Assembly: GCA_020854825.1 (NCBI GenBank) | Contig: JAHKLY010000001.1 | Location: forward strand, 210,483-274,482 | DNA length: 64,000 nucleotides | Reading direction: 5' to 3' | Source: Candidatus Micrarchaeota archaeon | GTDB taxonomy: Archaea; Micrarchaeota; Micrarchaeia; Anstonellales; JAHKLY01 | Part shown: positions 46,907 through 58,930 of the stretch, one piece after another | How the letters are laid out: every line of letters starts with the position of its first letter | Position numbering within the stretch: the stretch's first letter is position 1 | Made by a program: the position numbers and the translations under genes | Notes under the pieces: generated by a model | Database searches by the model: none | Seen by the model: only the letters and a program-made list of their open reading frames with translations | What the model was told of the DNA's origin: nothing

Positions 46907-49900
46907 ATGAAAAATTATTTTGTTGCAGTTGCTTTATGTTTAGTTTTAATTTCATTATTCTTTGGTTGTGTTCAATCTGGACTAAAAGAAGATTCTTCTT
47001 TTAAAGTAACGACAACAGAAGATTTATCTACTAAACTAAATATGCCTTTGGAAGAATCTATAAAACCTGTAGAAAGTAGCTCAGTAAATATTTTAAATAA
47101 TGTTTTTAAAGCAGAATTAAAAGTAGATGCCTCTTATCCTTCTATGAAGAATGCATTTGAATACATTGGCTTATCAATACAAGGGTTATCAGATGTTCGT
47201 TATTTGGGAGGATTAGAAAGTGCAACTTATGAAGAATATGCAACAGGATATTTATTAGAGGATATAACAATCATAAGTGAATTTAAAAAAACAACAACGC
47301 CCATAGTGAAACTAGATAATATAAGACCTAAAGATAGTTTAAAACACACAGTTAAAATTAAGAATAATAAAAATACTCCTGAAAATATTATTATTGAATT
47401 AATTTATGAACTACCAGACGCAAAAGAAATAATTTGGAATAATGAAATATATTACCTAGAAGAGAGCAAAGTATTAGAGTTTACTGCCTTTGAAAAAGAA
47501 ATTGAATATTCAGATGGTTTTTCAGCAACATATTCAATACCTATTGCAGAAATAGAAGCAAAATTAGAAGATGGAAGTAAATCAATCATAGATTTTTCAG
47601 ATATTATGTTTGAAAAACATAGGGCAATAGTTACGTATGATGGAAAAAAGGCATTAATAAAATTACAAGTTAGTGTTTTTGTAAATTCAAATACAGAGTA
47701 TGTAATTGATCCTTATTTAATTTATGTTCCTTCAGATTATACTGAATTATCAAATACAATTCAAAAAGAAAATATTAAATTTTTAGAAATTTTAGATTTT
47801 AATAAAGATAAAAAAAATGACCTAGTTTTGTCATCAAATAATCAAATATATATTTTTTATGATTATTTAAACAGAAAAGATTTTGAAAATCCAGATGAAG
47901 TAATAGTATTTGATGGTTATTTAAATCAGATTTTATCTTTAAGTACACATAATACTGAATTAGCAGTGGGAGTTTTTCCAGAAGGAACATATTTTATTAA
48001 TTCAGAAGGTCAAAAGAGGATAAATAAAGCAGGAGCTAATTTTTATGGAGGCTATATTGAAGAAAGATTATACTTTTCAACAGTTCCAAATTACGCTCAA
48101 CTGGGGGGAATTTCATATATAACATTAGATTTTGAAAATTATGCAGTTTTATATACGGATTATGAATTAAGAACTTCTTCTCCAAAAATAACCTGTGATA
48201 AAGATATATGCTGTTTTGGAATTTCTTATGAGTCAAAAGTTTATTGTATAGATAAACAAGATTTAAAATTTGATAATAGTTTATTTAGATATTCAGATAT
48301 TGCATTTGTTACATTAACTGGGAGAAGTCAAGAGTTGGGAAAACAAGTAAACTTAATAGAAGATTCATTAGTTATTTCTGCTCAAAATGAGGTTTACTAT
48401 ATTAGCAATATCAAAAACTTAAGGGGAAATTTAGAAGTTGAAAATTATCCTATGACATATGAAAAAGAAAAGTATGGTAGTTCACTTTTGGAGTATTCTA
48501 ATAATTTATTCGTGTTATCTCCATCTGGTTTGTATAAAGTAGGTCCAATGGACCAAGGAAATATTGCAGACACAAATGATAAATATGAGATTTCAAATAG
48601 TTTTCAATCATTTGTAATTCTAGATAATGGAGAATATGCTGCATTAGATAATTTAGATCAAATTTATTTTGGTGCTGAATTACCAGAAGGATTATTTAGT
48701 ATTATGGATGCGTCTTCAATATCCTCTTGTGGAACATATGGAGAAGGATCTTATATTTTAACATCAGATTTAACAGTGAACAATAATGTTTGTTTAAATT
48801 TTGAGGAAATCTCTTCGTCCTCATTTATTTTAGATTGTCAAGGACACACAATTACTGCAATAGGAGACAATGCAGAAGCAATTAGAGTTTATTTTGCAAA
48901 TTTATTAGATGTAAAAAATTGTAATTTTATAATTGAAAACTCAAATAGTATTGGGGTTAATACTTTAGATGTAAGAGAAATTATATCTGAAAATTGTGCT
49001 TTTTCAGTTTCAAATGGTGAATATTCATATGCAATAAAATCAAATATAATAAATCCATTATTAAATGGAAAAATTACTTTTTCTGATTTAGACATAATTA
49101 TGAGTAATACAATTCATTCAAATGCAGTTCAATTAGAAAATATGAGGAATTCAATAAGTATAACCGAAGTAAATATTCAATTTGATGAAGTTGTTGATAC
49201 TGCAGGAATTGCAATAAAAAATTCTAAAGATGTTTCTTTAAATGCATGTGATGTAAATTCAGTTGGTGAATCATCCGAACAAGTAGTTGGTTATTCATTA
49301 GATACGATTACCAAGTTGAATATAAATAATATAAATGCGAATTTACTTGGAAAAGGTGCAACAGGTATTGCTATGTATGGAGATTCAAATGATATATTAA
49401 TATCAAATAGTAATTATTATGTAAAAGGAAGAGGAGTAATTGGAGTACATTTAACAGATATTTATGATTTTGAAGTAATTAATATAGGATCAAATGCAGA
49501 AGGAGAAGTAAGTATTGATGATACCCCAAGTTTTGACCCCCAAAATAATTTTGTTAAATCTGCTTTACTTGTTGATATTCCCTTAAAATATAATTGGATT
49601 TATGCTTTATTATCAAAAGACACAGACATTTCAAATATTAGAAATAGTGAATTTTATTCAAAATGTTTTGAATTGACTGGTGGATCTATTGGAGGAGGAG
49701 GAGGAGATTGGAGTACATATAATAGTTTTGCAGTGAAGCTTAGTAATACATATCAAACTGTATTTGAGAGTAATGAGGTATTATCAGAATATTGTGTTGC
49801 ACTAGGGTCAGAGAATGTTTATGGCCAAATTAAAGACAATAATATAGTTAGAAGTTTAGATGTTTATGGTGGAGAACCAATTTCTTCAAGTGTTTCTTCT

Positions 49901-52900
49901 TCAGCAACGTTTATTGGAGATATATCAATGTCTTTAAGAACTTTAACTATTGATTCAAATAATTTTACTTCTTCATTAATAGGGGTTGTATTTTATGAAG
50001 GTTCCAACTATAATATTTTTGATTTTAGAAACAACAGAATAACCGATTGTCCTTTAAATGGATTAGAAAATTTCGATTCAAATTCTATTTACGGATTTTC
50101 AAACAATTATATTTGTAATAATGGATTTTATAGTTATGTTCATTATGATATATATGGACTTTATATTAGTAATTTTCCATCATTAGATTTTGATACAACA
50201 ACATGTACTGATTATAGTTTTCTATTTGGTGGATCAGGGAATTGTTTATTGCAATGTTTTGACTGCCCATCAATCGATAATTTTGATATGACTGCAAATT
50301 GTCCTGATTTTGATGATCCTAATTTTGCAGGAACACAAAGTATATGGGGCTTAGACATCCCAACTGTATATTCAGACGATACAATTTGTTTAACTGCATT
50401 TTTTACCAATCCATATATAACAGATTTAACTGCATACATGACTTGTTATAATTTAGGAACAACCCCAACACGAATATTAGATCCTGGAATGGCACTTTTT
50501 GATCCATCATATATTCCAGTTCCTATGGGAGGACACGCAGATTTTGTCAATGTATTTGCAGGAAATGATTTAACATATGATAGAAGTATATCAAATACTT
50601 TTATTTCATCTTGTGATTATTATCAATGTTTTGCTTATTGGGATCCACAAACTGCTCCCCCTCCACCATGTACAAATGATTGGGAAGAATTATTTTTCTT
50701 TGTTGAAAACAGAGAACCAACAATTTCAGTTGCACCAACAATAACAGATATGGGCACTAGTTTATTTTGCGATATAACACGAACACGAGCATTATTTTAT
50801 GATCCTGATGGAGATTCACCAGGAACTCCAATAAGATATACTTGGTATGTAAATGGTGTTTTACAAACTGAAGAAATAGGAAATACCTTATCTGATTTGT
50901 ATTATTCTCCAGGAGACACAATTATTTGTGAAGTTTCAATTCCAGATAATTCAAATTGTCCTCAATTATATTCAAATATATTATCAAATTCAATATTTAT
51001 TCAAGCAGTAGGCTGGATAGCAGTAGATCCGCATCCTGAAGGATATACAGATACAACTTATTATTGTGATTTTGAGTATCAAATGCCTTTAGCCAGCAAT
51101 TATCAGATAGAGATTAAGTGGTATGCATTTGATTCATGGACTGATGATTGGTCAACAAGTATTCCAAATGACCCCTTCATAATTTATACAAATTCATATA
51201 CTGCTTCATCAACAACAGCAGATGAGGATTTAAGAACCTCTTTAGATTATTCAATAGAAAAATGCCATTACCTTGCATGTGAAGCAAATATAACTGCTTT
51301 AGATGGAGATTATTCAGGATATTCATTAGTTGGTAATTCAACAATGAGTACTACAGATTTTCCAATATCTGGCCAAGGAAGCCCAACATATATAATTAAT
51401 AGACCTCCAGTGTTAACAAATATTCCTACATTAAATGTACTTTCTTCATTCCCTTTGATTATACGTTGTGATATTTCGAGAGTAGGGTTTACAGATTTAG
51501 ATTATAATGATATACAAGATTTATCTTCAAGAAGATATTCCTGGTATGATGCAGGAAGTTTAATTACAGGTCAAACTGGATTTTCACTTGTAGTTTCTTC
51601 TCCACCTTCAGCAGGAACAACATATACTTGTTGTGTTGATATGTTTGATTCAATTGTAAATGGAAATTGTCAAGATAGTGCACGTGTTTGTAATGATATT
51701 ATAATACCACCAAGAACTTTAAGTTTTGATATTAATTTATCTGCAGATTCAATATCAGACTATTTAGCTCCTCCAGGATTAAGAATAACTCCAAGTTATG
51801 ATGATGATTGTGAGCCAATAAAATATGGAGACACAAGAGTAAATAATTGTGCTTATGAGGATTCTAATTTCACATGTACAGTTCATAATATTATTTATAC
51901 TGGGGTTGGTGCTGGACCAACAACAAAAGATGTAGTAATTTATGATAATGAAGAAAATATGTTTGTTGTTAAAACAGGAATTGGCTATAATGAGATAGTT
52001 TATTATAATAATGAAGATCCAGGAGGTTGTTTAGAAAATCCAAACTGCCAAAAAGGAGATATTTTATATTGTAATGTAACTTTATATGATGCTTATGGTC
52101 CATTAGAAACATTTACAAGTAATCCAGTTCAGATACACAATTTTATTCCAGAAATTTCAAAACCAAAAGTTTATGTTATAACAGACTCTTTCCCAGATAG
52201 TGCCTTAATTGGAGATTATACTGGAGAATATTTGAAAGCAAATTATGAAAATCAATTTATATGTGTACCAAGTGATGAATGGCAGAATGGATATATTTTA
52301 CCAGATTATAATAATGATTCATGGGACGAAATTTCATACTATTGGGAATGGTCTGCTGTTGATACCGGTTATGTAGATACAACAACAGATTGTGATTATA
52401 CAGATTATGGATTAAAATGTTCAAATAATGAATGTTTTGAAAATACAATTAAAGAGTATTTATGTGCATTAAAAATTGAAAGAGAAGATGAAGAAGTATG
52501 TGATGACCCAGAAAATATATTATGCTGGGGTCCAGATATAGATGATATTTCTCATTGGCTTCCTTTTGTTCCAATGGCACAATTAAGAAATTTAGATGGT
52601 TTTAAGTATATCCCAAATATGAATGTGACTTATGGTGTATGTGATTGGGCATCTTTAGGAGGTTTAACAGGTTGTCCCCCATCTGGAGAATTTGAGATCG
52701 AATGTATAAATGGAGGTTGGATAGGAACAGATACATGTAGAACTGATTTATATACTGCTGAAATGAATATTTTAAAACAATGTGCTCAAGGAACAAGACA
52801 GTGTTATGAATTATTAGAATCTTGTTCATTTGATAATAGTTATATTCCCCCAGGAATTGTTAGTCCAACTGGAAGCTGTCCTTCTACGGGGATTGTAGCA

Positions 52901-55900
52901 GTAGCAGGTTTTGATATTACACCCGAAGATATTGATTGGGATGATCCATGGGGAACTGGAAGTATTACAGAATGGAATTATGATTGTTTAGGAGAATATT
53001 TAGGAATATATAGATTCTGGCACACTTCATGGTATCTAAGAGGCCCATATATTTCATTCTCCACTCCATATGAAACAGAATCATACCCCTGTAGTGCTAA
53101 TGATTATTTTGGAATTAAAACAAATCCAGATATTCCTTCATTTAGTATGTGGAATACATATTTAAGTGATATTCATGGATTATTTTATGAGAAAGATAAA
53201 CCTTATGGAATACCTATAAGATGTTGTATAAATCAAAGTGATGTAGGTTTTGAATCAACATATTCTGATATGGCATGTTCAGATCCAACTTGCGGAAATT
53301 ATTTAGACTGTGGCCCATGTTATTATGATGAAGATGGAGAAAAAGTATGTTATTCAAAATCAAATTGTATATCTAATGATGAAGAACAGTGTTATGTTTA
53401 TTTACAGGATTCATGTAATGAAGAAATTTTATGGAATACAAATATAGAAGCATGTTCTGGTGTTGATACTTCAATAAGATGTTATTATAATTATACATAT
53501 GGAACTGCATTTGATGTTGAAAGACATATTGATATAATAACTGGCGAAATAACAATAGAGCAAACTGATAATGTACAACAATGTTATCCATGTATGCAAT
53601 ATTGGCCTATGCTAGGTGATGATGATTTTTATGCAACAGACTTTAATGAAGAATGGGGATATTATTACAACCCTTGGTGGTTAAGAGATTTATTATTTAA
53701 TGAATCCTATGTACCAAATTCAACTGAAGATCCAGAAGAGTATCCAATACCAAATAAAGTTAGTTTATTTGATGACACAATTTCATATGAAAATATAACT
53801 ATTGATACTGCAGGTAATATTGTTGAACCATGCAATCCAAATACAGATCCTACATGTGAAATATCGTTACGTGAATGGTGGTCAGGACCTTATGGTGCAC
53901 AACAAAATAATACATTTAACGCAGACTCATATGATTCTGCTTGGGCAGAGGAGTATAGGACAAAATTAAAAACAGAGTTAGCAGATGAATTTGATATTCC
54001 AGAAGAGAATATTGTTGGAAGATTTTTTGCAACTGCTTTTAAATATTGCAATCAGTGGGATGAAGAATTTGTAAAAGATATTATTGACTATGAAGATAAA
54101 GAAAGTATTGATTCAAGATTTTCAAATGAATGGCCAAATGTTGAATTAGGAATATCATCAGTTGATAATTCAGAATATCCTTTTGCAGGAAGAGAAGGAA
54201 ATGATAATTATTTAACATCAGGTATTTTTAGTCATGAAAATGGAATAGGTTCTTCACAATATTTAGTATGGAATGCTCAATGGCCTGATGAATATGCACA
54301 ATATAATGAATTAGAATGTGATAATTATGAACAATGCAGAAAACACGCAAGAATTTCAGCAGATTATGTTTTTGGAATTGTATATAATACAACATATAAA
54401 CATATTACATGTGAATGTCCAGATGATTTAACAACAGGAGATTGTACTGATAATTTTGGAGATGCTAATTCTGTTGGTCTTCCAGGAGACAGGGTTTGGC
54501 AATTTAACAGAAATACTTGTAGTTGTGTTGCAGTTTGCGGCGCAAGACCTATTGCACCTAACTGTGAGGAAATAGAACCAGGAACAGTAGCACATTATAA
54601 TGATAATTTATGCCAATGGGAATGTAGAGTACCTATTACTCCAAGACCAATTATTCCAGGAGTTGCTGGAGGTTCAGGTTATGGAACAGGAATACATTGG
54701 TCAGGAATTGACAGCGAATTTGGAGAAATAATTGAAGAAGAATTAACATATGTATTATTAGCAGAAGATGATTATTATCCAGAAGCAAGATTTGGTCTTC
54801 CAGGATCAGATAGTTTTCCAACTTGTAGTATAGATGAAATACAAACAGAAGACAGCAATTGTTTTGTATCAGATGAGTATTATAATAAGCTTTATGATTA
54901 TTCAATATCTCACGACATTTCGGATTTAATTATTGGAACTAGTTCTGAAGATATAAGTTTAGATTGTAGTGATTTAGAAGATTATTCAGATTATTCAAAT
55001 GTAAGAAGTTTCTGTCATTATTCTTATTCATTATGGGATTTAGATTCTTGTCAAACACATGATGAAGAAAGGATTGGATTTAGATTTGATAATAATTATC
55101 AAAATGAAACAGAAAACGAAGGATGTGGTTTTTGTCAAGGATTATTAATTAATAATACAGCACCAAGTATTGAGTATTTAGGCATAATAGCAAATGATGA
55201 TCCATCAGTTGATCCACCAACAAACTTTACATGCACAATAGACGGCTTTAATGATATTGATACCAATCCAGCTGATTTAATTAAAAATGCAACATTCAGA
55301 TGGTGCAATAATGAAGATTGTACTATTGAATACACAAGAGAAACTATTGATTATTCAGAACCAGTTTTAGGTGAAAATGCAAATTCAACATATGTAAATT
55401 CAGCATTACCAACAGATCCAATAACAGGAGACCCAATTATTTACTGCTGTGCACAAGTTTATGACACTGATTGGCAATCTAAACAATCAGAAGAATATTG
55501 TCAAGCATTTAACGCTGAAGCAACAGAACCTAGTTCATGTAGTATAATATTAGAAGGAATCGAAAATATGTATATTTGGACAGATATTCTTATAGCAGAA
55601 TTTGATTTAAGTGATGATTATACATTTAATGAAATAGAACTCCCATATAGAATTGCAGATGTACATTTAATACACGAAGGAGAAGATATAGGAACATATT
55701 CATGTTATCAAACATCAGGTGGAATTGAATGTTTTTCATCTACTGGATATCCAGAGATTGTTATTGGTGAATTAGAGTATGGAAATTATCAAATAATAGC
55801 AAACAATAGTGAAAAAGACTGCACTCCAGATTCAAAATCTTTTGTTATAAGAGATTCTGGAATACCCATAACAGATTGTGGGATTTTAGAAATATCAGAT

Positions 55901-58900
55901 GCATATTATTATTTAGCTAATGACTTAATTGTTAATGGAAATATGGGCAGTGAAATTTGTACTCCTACATTAACTTCAACCTCTCCCAATTTAGATAGAT
56001 TTGTTTCAAATTATCCAGATTGTCTGCATTGTTGTTTAATCGTAAACGCAGATAATGTTATGATTAATTTAAATGGATATTCAATTATCTCAAATGTTAA
56101 TTATAATCCAAGCTCCTTAGATAGATTAGGAGGGATATGTGCTAAAGATAAAACAGATGTAGAAATTTATAACTCAGATACTTTAAACGGCGGATTATTC
56201 AGCTGGGATAGGGGAATTACTTTCTTAAAATCAAAAAATACAAATATTAATCATATTGAAATTGATTCATTAGCATTAGCAGGAACAAGTAGAGCGAATG
56301 AGTATTATATGTCAGGTATATCTTTATCTGGATGTCAAAACACAACAGTAGAGGATAATAGAATAGCTAGATATACAAGTGGAACTGAAGTATTTTATTC
56401 AAAAGATACTAATATCAAAAATAATATTTTTTCAACAAATAGTTTTGGAGTTAGTACTAGTTGGTTAGGAGATAGGGCAGGGCCTTTATCAGCTTACAGG
56501 ATGCCTATTGAAGGTAGGTATTGTGATTATATTGTTTCAGATATATATATTGAAAATAATAAATTCTTGGATTGTGGAACAGGAATTAAAGGATTAAAAA
56601 CAGGTAATCTATTTGCAGTTAATAATAATTTTACAAATAATAGATATGTTGGAGTTGAATTAAGAGGTTGTGGAATTACAAATATAATTTTTAATAATAA
56701 GTTTGATACAATAACTGATCCATCTGGTTCAGCTATTAGGACAATGTATTTGAATTCTGGATATAATTTTGTATTTGCAAATAATGAAATTGTAAATTCA
56801 AAAAATGGAATTTCAATACAAAAAACTTCAAATTTACAAATTGAAATATCTTCTAATCAAATTACAGATTGTGGAACTGGATTACGATTATCAGAATCAA
56901 ATGATATAGATTTACAATTATTAAATAATATAATCGAAGATAATCAAAGAGGAGTTTTATTAAATTATTCATTAGATACTTTTGCATTTGATTTAATACC
57001 AGATATTGATACAACTGGATGGGTAGAAGGAACAGCAAGAATAGAATTGTGTGATTCAAATACATTAATCGGTTGTTATGATCATTATATCCCAGTTTCA
57101 TTAGATTGCTCAAACAAAATAGATTTATGGACTTCAAAAGAATGTTATATCTCTTCTGAAAATATAAATATAAATGTGCAAAGAGTTTGTAAAGCAAAAA
57201 GGAATGCTATGGGAGATATTGAATATCCTATATCTAATATTAATTTAAATATAATTAATACAGGAAGTATAGTTTTCACACATAATGAAATTATAACTAC
57301 TTTGTTTGGACCATATTTATTTTCAATTGCAAACCCAATAGATAATGGGAGATATAATATAGAAGGAACAGTAGAATGTGAATATTTAGATTCTGATTTA
57401 GATGAAATATATCAAATAGTAAATGAAACATTTGAAGTTTCATCAACATGCCCTGATAATTATTATCATTTTGAAAATAATGGATTTAATTCAAATCCAT
57501 CTTATTGTTGGCCAATAGATGATACAATAACTGAGAATTGGATAACTTATCATACAGTTTCAAGTGGAATTGTAGAATTTAATCCAAGATTAGAAATTTA
57601 TGATTCATCAGGTGCTTTAGCATTATCTTCAGATGGAACGGGCACATGTTTTGAAAGTGATGAAATAACTTTAGATAATAATGAGATATGTGATAACACA
57701 ATTTATGATATAAATGATACTTTAATTTACTGCAGTGTGCCAAGCATAACAGAAACAACTTATACAAGTAATACATGCGATGATGCAACTTCATATTCAG
57801 TAGATGATAATTTAATATGCGCAGATATTTGTGGAACAGGAGGGGGCGGAAATACTTGTAATTGTATTATAGAAATAGAAAGTATTACCTGGCCTGCTCA
57901 TGAGGATTTATTACCTGATGCTGTTTGTGGTGGAGAAGAAGTGAGGATTAAAGTTAAATTTGAAAATGAAAACCATTGTTCTGATTTAAATTTAGAAGAT
58001 ATTTCAATAAGTATTTCAAATACTGATATTTTATCTTCAGTTATATCAAGTGGAAACGCAAATTCAATTGGGGATTATACATATTTATTTGATAGATTTA
58101 ATACTAATTTTGGAGATTATAGAGTAACTGCAACACATAGTGAATGTAGCAGAACAACAGGAGAATTTCCATTTGGTCAGTGCTATGGGGAAGACGCATG
58201 TCAATTACTTAATAGTGTATGTGATAATACATTAGTTTGTTGTGATCCAGACACAGAAACCGTATTTGGATACGAATTTAATTTAGTGTGTGTTGGATTC
58301 TGCTGTGTTCCAGAAGGAGCAACTTGTTATCCAGATATTGAAGAACGTACAGGAACACAATGCTGTCCTGAATTATCATGTATAGGTGGAAAATGTACAA
58401 AAGATGATGAAACTACAATAAGAAATGGAACAGAAGATGGAGATGGAAATGATTTATTATTAAATATTACAAACTTATTTAATTATCCAAATTGCAGTTT
58501 TGATGAATGTAATAGAACATCAGATTGTTGCGTAGGATACTGTTATAGAAACATGTGTATGGGCGCACCAGCATCAATGTGGTTATTTGGTTTATATCCA
58601 AGGCCTGGGTGTGAAGGACTTCCAATTGAACCAATAGGGATTTTAGGATTCATAATTTGTGATTTAATGTGGTTATGGGTTTTAATAACTGCGTTAATAG
58701 CAGGGTATAAAGCAAAACAAAGTTATAGAATGCCCATACCCATATTTGCATTTATATTTCCATTTATAGTAGCCTTATTTTTATACCCCTATTTAGGAGT
58801 ATTAGTAGGAGTATTTGAGATATTAATATTTTTAAGGAAAAAAGAAGAAGAGGAGTTAGAATATGAAGAACAAGAAGCAAGAGGAGAATTCACAGATGGA

Positions 58901-58930
58901 AGTTTCGGTAATAATTCCGACGTTGAATGA
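46907..58930 (+). CDS. Giant (~4007 aa) Cys-rich cell-surface protein
   Basis: LFFGC lipobox-like signal; FG-GAP-like DFNKDKKNDL; two NosD/pectin-lyase-like beta-helix regions; repeated Ig-like modules; C-terminal Cys knots, TM helices and acidic tail. Confidence 0.85.
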   Translation: MKNYFVAVALCLVLISLFFGCVQSGLKEDSSFKVTTTEDLSTKLNMPLEESIKPVESSSVNILNNVFKAELKVDASYPSMKNAFEYIGLSIQGLSDVRYLGGLESATYEEYATGYLLEDITIISEFKKTTTPIVKLDNIRPKDSLKHTVKIKNNKNTPENIIIELIYELPDAKEIIWNNEIYYLEESKVLEFTAFEKEIEYSDGFSATYSIPIAEIEAKLEDGSKSIIDFSDIMFEKHRAIVTYDGKKALIKLQVSVFVNSNTEYVIDPYLIYVPSDYTELSNTIQKENIKFLEILDFNKDKKNDLVLSSNNQIYIFYDYLNRKDFENPDEVIVFDGYLNQILSLSTHNTELAVGVFPEGTYFINSEGQKRINKAGANFYGGYIEERLYFSTVPNYAQLGGISYITLDFENYAVLYTDYELRTSSPKITCDKDICCFGISYESKVYCIDKQDLKFDNSLFRYSDIAFVTLTGRSQELGKQVNLIEDSLVISAQNEVYYISNIKNLRGNLEVENYPMTYEKEKYGSSLLEYSNNLFVLSPSGLYKVGPMDQGNIADTNDKYEISNSFQSFVILDNGEYAALDNLDQIYFGAELPEGLFSIMDASSISSCGTYGEGSYILTSDLTVNNNVCLNFEEISSSSFILDCQGHTITAIGDNAEAIRVYFANLLDVKNCNFIIENSNSIGVNTLDVREIISENCAFSVSNGEYSYAIKSNIINPLLNGKITFSDLDIIMSNTIHSNAVQLENMRNSISITEVNIQFDEVVDTAGIAIKNSKDVSLNACDVNSVGESSEQVVGYSLDTITKLNINNINANLLGKGATGIAMYGDSNDILISNSNYYVKGRGVIGVHLTDIYDFEVINIGSNAEGEVSIDDTPSFDPQNNFVKSALLVDIPLKYNWIYALLSKDTDISNIRNSEFYSKCFELTGGSIGGGGGDWSTYNSFAVKLSNTYQTVFESNEVLSEYCVALGSENVYGQIKDNNIVRSLDVYGGEPISSSVSSSATFIGDISMSLRTLTIDSNNFTSSLIGVVFYEGSNYNIFDFRNNRITDCPLNGLENFDSNSIYGFSNNYICNNGFYSYVHYDIYGLYISNFPSLDFDTTTCTDYSFLFGGSGNCLLQCFDCPSIDNFDMTANCPDFDDPNFAGTQSIWGLDIPTVYSDDTICLTAFFTNPYITDLTAYMTCYNLGTTPTRILDPGMALFDPSYIPVPMGGHADFVNVFAGNDLTYDRSISNTFISSCDYYQCFAYWDPQTAPPPPCTNDWEELFFFVENREPTISVAPTITDMGTSLFCDITRTRALFYDPDGDSPGTPIRYTWYVNGVLQTEEIGNTLSDLYYSPGDTIICEVSIPDNSNCPQLYSNILSNSIFIQAVGWIAVDPHPEGYTDTTYYCDFEYQMPLASNYQIEIKWYAFDSWTDDWSTSIPNDPFIIYTNSYTASSTTADEDLRTSLDYSIEKCHYLACEANITALDGDYSGYSLVGNSTMSTTDFPISGQGSPTYIINRPPVLTNIPTLNVLSSFPLIIRCDISRVGFTDLDYNDIQDLSSRRYSWYDAGSLITGQTGFSLVVSSPPSAGTTYTCCVDMFDSIVNGNCQDSARVCNDIIIPPRTLSFDINLSADSISDYLAPPGLRITPSYDDDCEPIKYGDTRVNNCAYEDSNFTCTVHNIIYTGVGAGPTTKDVVIYDNEENMFVVKTGIGYNEIVYYNNEDPGGCLENPNCQKGDILYCNVTLYDAYGPLETFTSNPVQIHNFIPEISKPKVYVITDSFPDSALIGDYTGEYLKANYENQFICVPSDEWQNGYILPDYNNDSWDEISYYWEWSAVDTGYVDTTTDCDYTDYGLKCSNNECFENTIKEYLCALKIEREDEEVCDDPENILCWGPDIDDISHWLPFVPMAQLRNLDGFKYIPNMNVTYGVCDWASLGGLTGCPPSGEFEIECINGGWIGTDTCRTDLYTAEMNILKQCAQGTRQCYELLESCSFDNSYIPPGIVSPTGSCPSTGIVAVAGFDITPEDIDWDDPWGTGSITEWNYDCLGEYLGIYRFWHTSWYLRGPYISFSTPYETESYPCSANDYFGIKTNPDIPSFSMWNTYLSDIHGLFYEKDKPYGIPIRCCINQSDVGFESTYSDMACSDPTCGNYLDCGPCYYDEDGEKVCYSKSNCISNDEEQCYVYLQDSCNEEILWNTNIEACSGVDTSIRCYYNYTYGTAFDVERHIDIITGEITIEQTDNVQQCYPCMQYWPMLGDDDFYATDFNEEWGYYYNPWWLRDLLFNESYVPNSTEDPEEYPIPNKVSLFDDTISYENITIDTAGNIVEPCNPNTDPTCEISLREWWSGPYGAQQNNTFNADSYDSAWAEEYRTKLKTELADEFDIPEENIVGRFFATAFKYCNQWDEEFVKDIIDYEDKESIDSRFSNEWPNVELGISSVDNSEYPFAGREGNDNYLTSGIFSHENGIGSSQYLVWNAQWPDEYAQYNELECDNYEQCRKHARISADYVFGIVYNTTYKHITCECPDDLTTGDCTDNFGDANSVGLPGDRVWQFNRNTCSCVAVCGARPIAPNCEEIEPGTVAHYNDNLCQWECRVPITPRPIIPGVAGGSGYGTGIHWSGIDSEFGEIIEEELTYVLLAEDDYYPEARFGLPGSDSFPTCSIDEIQTEDSNCFVSDEYYNKLYDYSISHDISDLIIGTSSEDISLDCSDLEDYSDYSNVRSFCHYSYSLWDLDSCQTHDEERIGFRFDNNYQNETENEGCGFCQGLLINNTAPSIEYLGIIANDDPSVDPPTNFTCTIDGFNDIDTNPADLIKNATFRWCNNEDCTIEYTRETIDYSEPVLGENANSTYVNSALPTDPITGDPIIYCCAQVYDTDWQSKQSEEYCQAFNAEATEPSSCSIILEGIENMYIWTDILIAEFDLSDDYTFNEIELPYRIADVHLIHEGEDIGTYSCYQTSGGIECFSSTGYPEIVIGELEYGNYQIIANNSEKDCTPDSKSFVIRDSGIPITDCGILEISDAYYYLANDLIVNGNMGSEICTPTLTSTSPNLDRFVSNYPDCLHCCLIVNADNVMINLNGYSIISNVNYNPSSLDRLGGICAKDKTDVEIYNSDTLNGGLFSWDRGITFLKSKNTNINHIEIDSLALAGTSRANEYYMSGISLSGCQNTTVEDNRIARYTSGTEVFYSKDTNIKNNIFSTNSFGVSTSWLGDRAGPLSAYRMPIEGRYCDYIVSDIYIENNKFLDCGTGIKGLKTGNLFAVNNNFTNNRYVGVELRGCGITNIIFNNKFDTITDPSGSAIRTMYLNSGYNFVFANNEIVNSKNGISIQKTSNLQIEISSNQITDCGTGLRLSESNDIDLQLLNNIIEDNQRGVLLNYSLDTFAFDLIPDIDTTGWVEGTARIELCDSNTLIGCYDHYIPVSLDCSNKIDLWTSKECYISSENININVQRVCKAKRNAMGDIEYPISNINLNIINTGSIVFTHNEIITTLFGPYLFSIANPIDNGRYNIEGTVECEYLDSDLDEIYQIVNETFEVSSTCPDNYYHFENNGFNSNPSYCWPIDDTITENWITYHTVSSGIVEFNPRLEIYDSSGALALSSDGTGTCFESDEITLDNNEICDNTIYDINDTLIYCSVPSITETTYTSNTCDDATSYSVDDNLICADICGTGGGGNTCNCIIEIESITWPAHEDLLPDAVCGGEEVRIKVKFENENHCSDLNLEDISISISNTDILSSVISSGNANSIGDYTYLFDRFNTNFGDYRVTATHSECSRTTGEFPFGQCYGEDACQLLNSVCDNTLVCCDPDTETVFGYEFNLVCVGFCCVPEGATCYPDIEERTGTQCCPELSCIGGKCTKDDETTIRNGTEDGDGNDLLLNITNLFNYPNCSFDECNRTSDCCVGYCYRNMCMGAPASMWLFGLYPRPGCEGLPIEPIGILGFIICDLMWLWVLITALIAGYKAKQSYRMPIPIFAFIFPFIVALFLYPYLGVLVGVFEILIFLRKKEEEELEYEEQEARGEFTDGSFGNNSDVE

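Noticed and set aside
55410-55436. DPITGDP in the giant protein as a third FGRDP module
   Set aside because: Lacks FGR and the preceding helix, and sits in an Ig-like context
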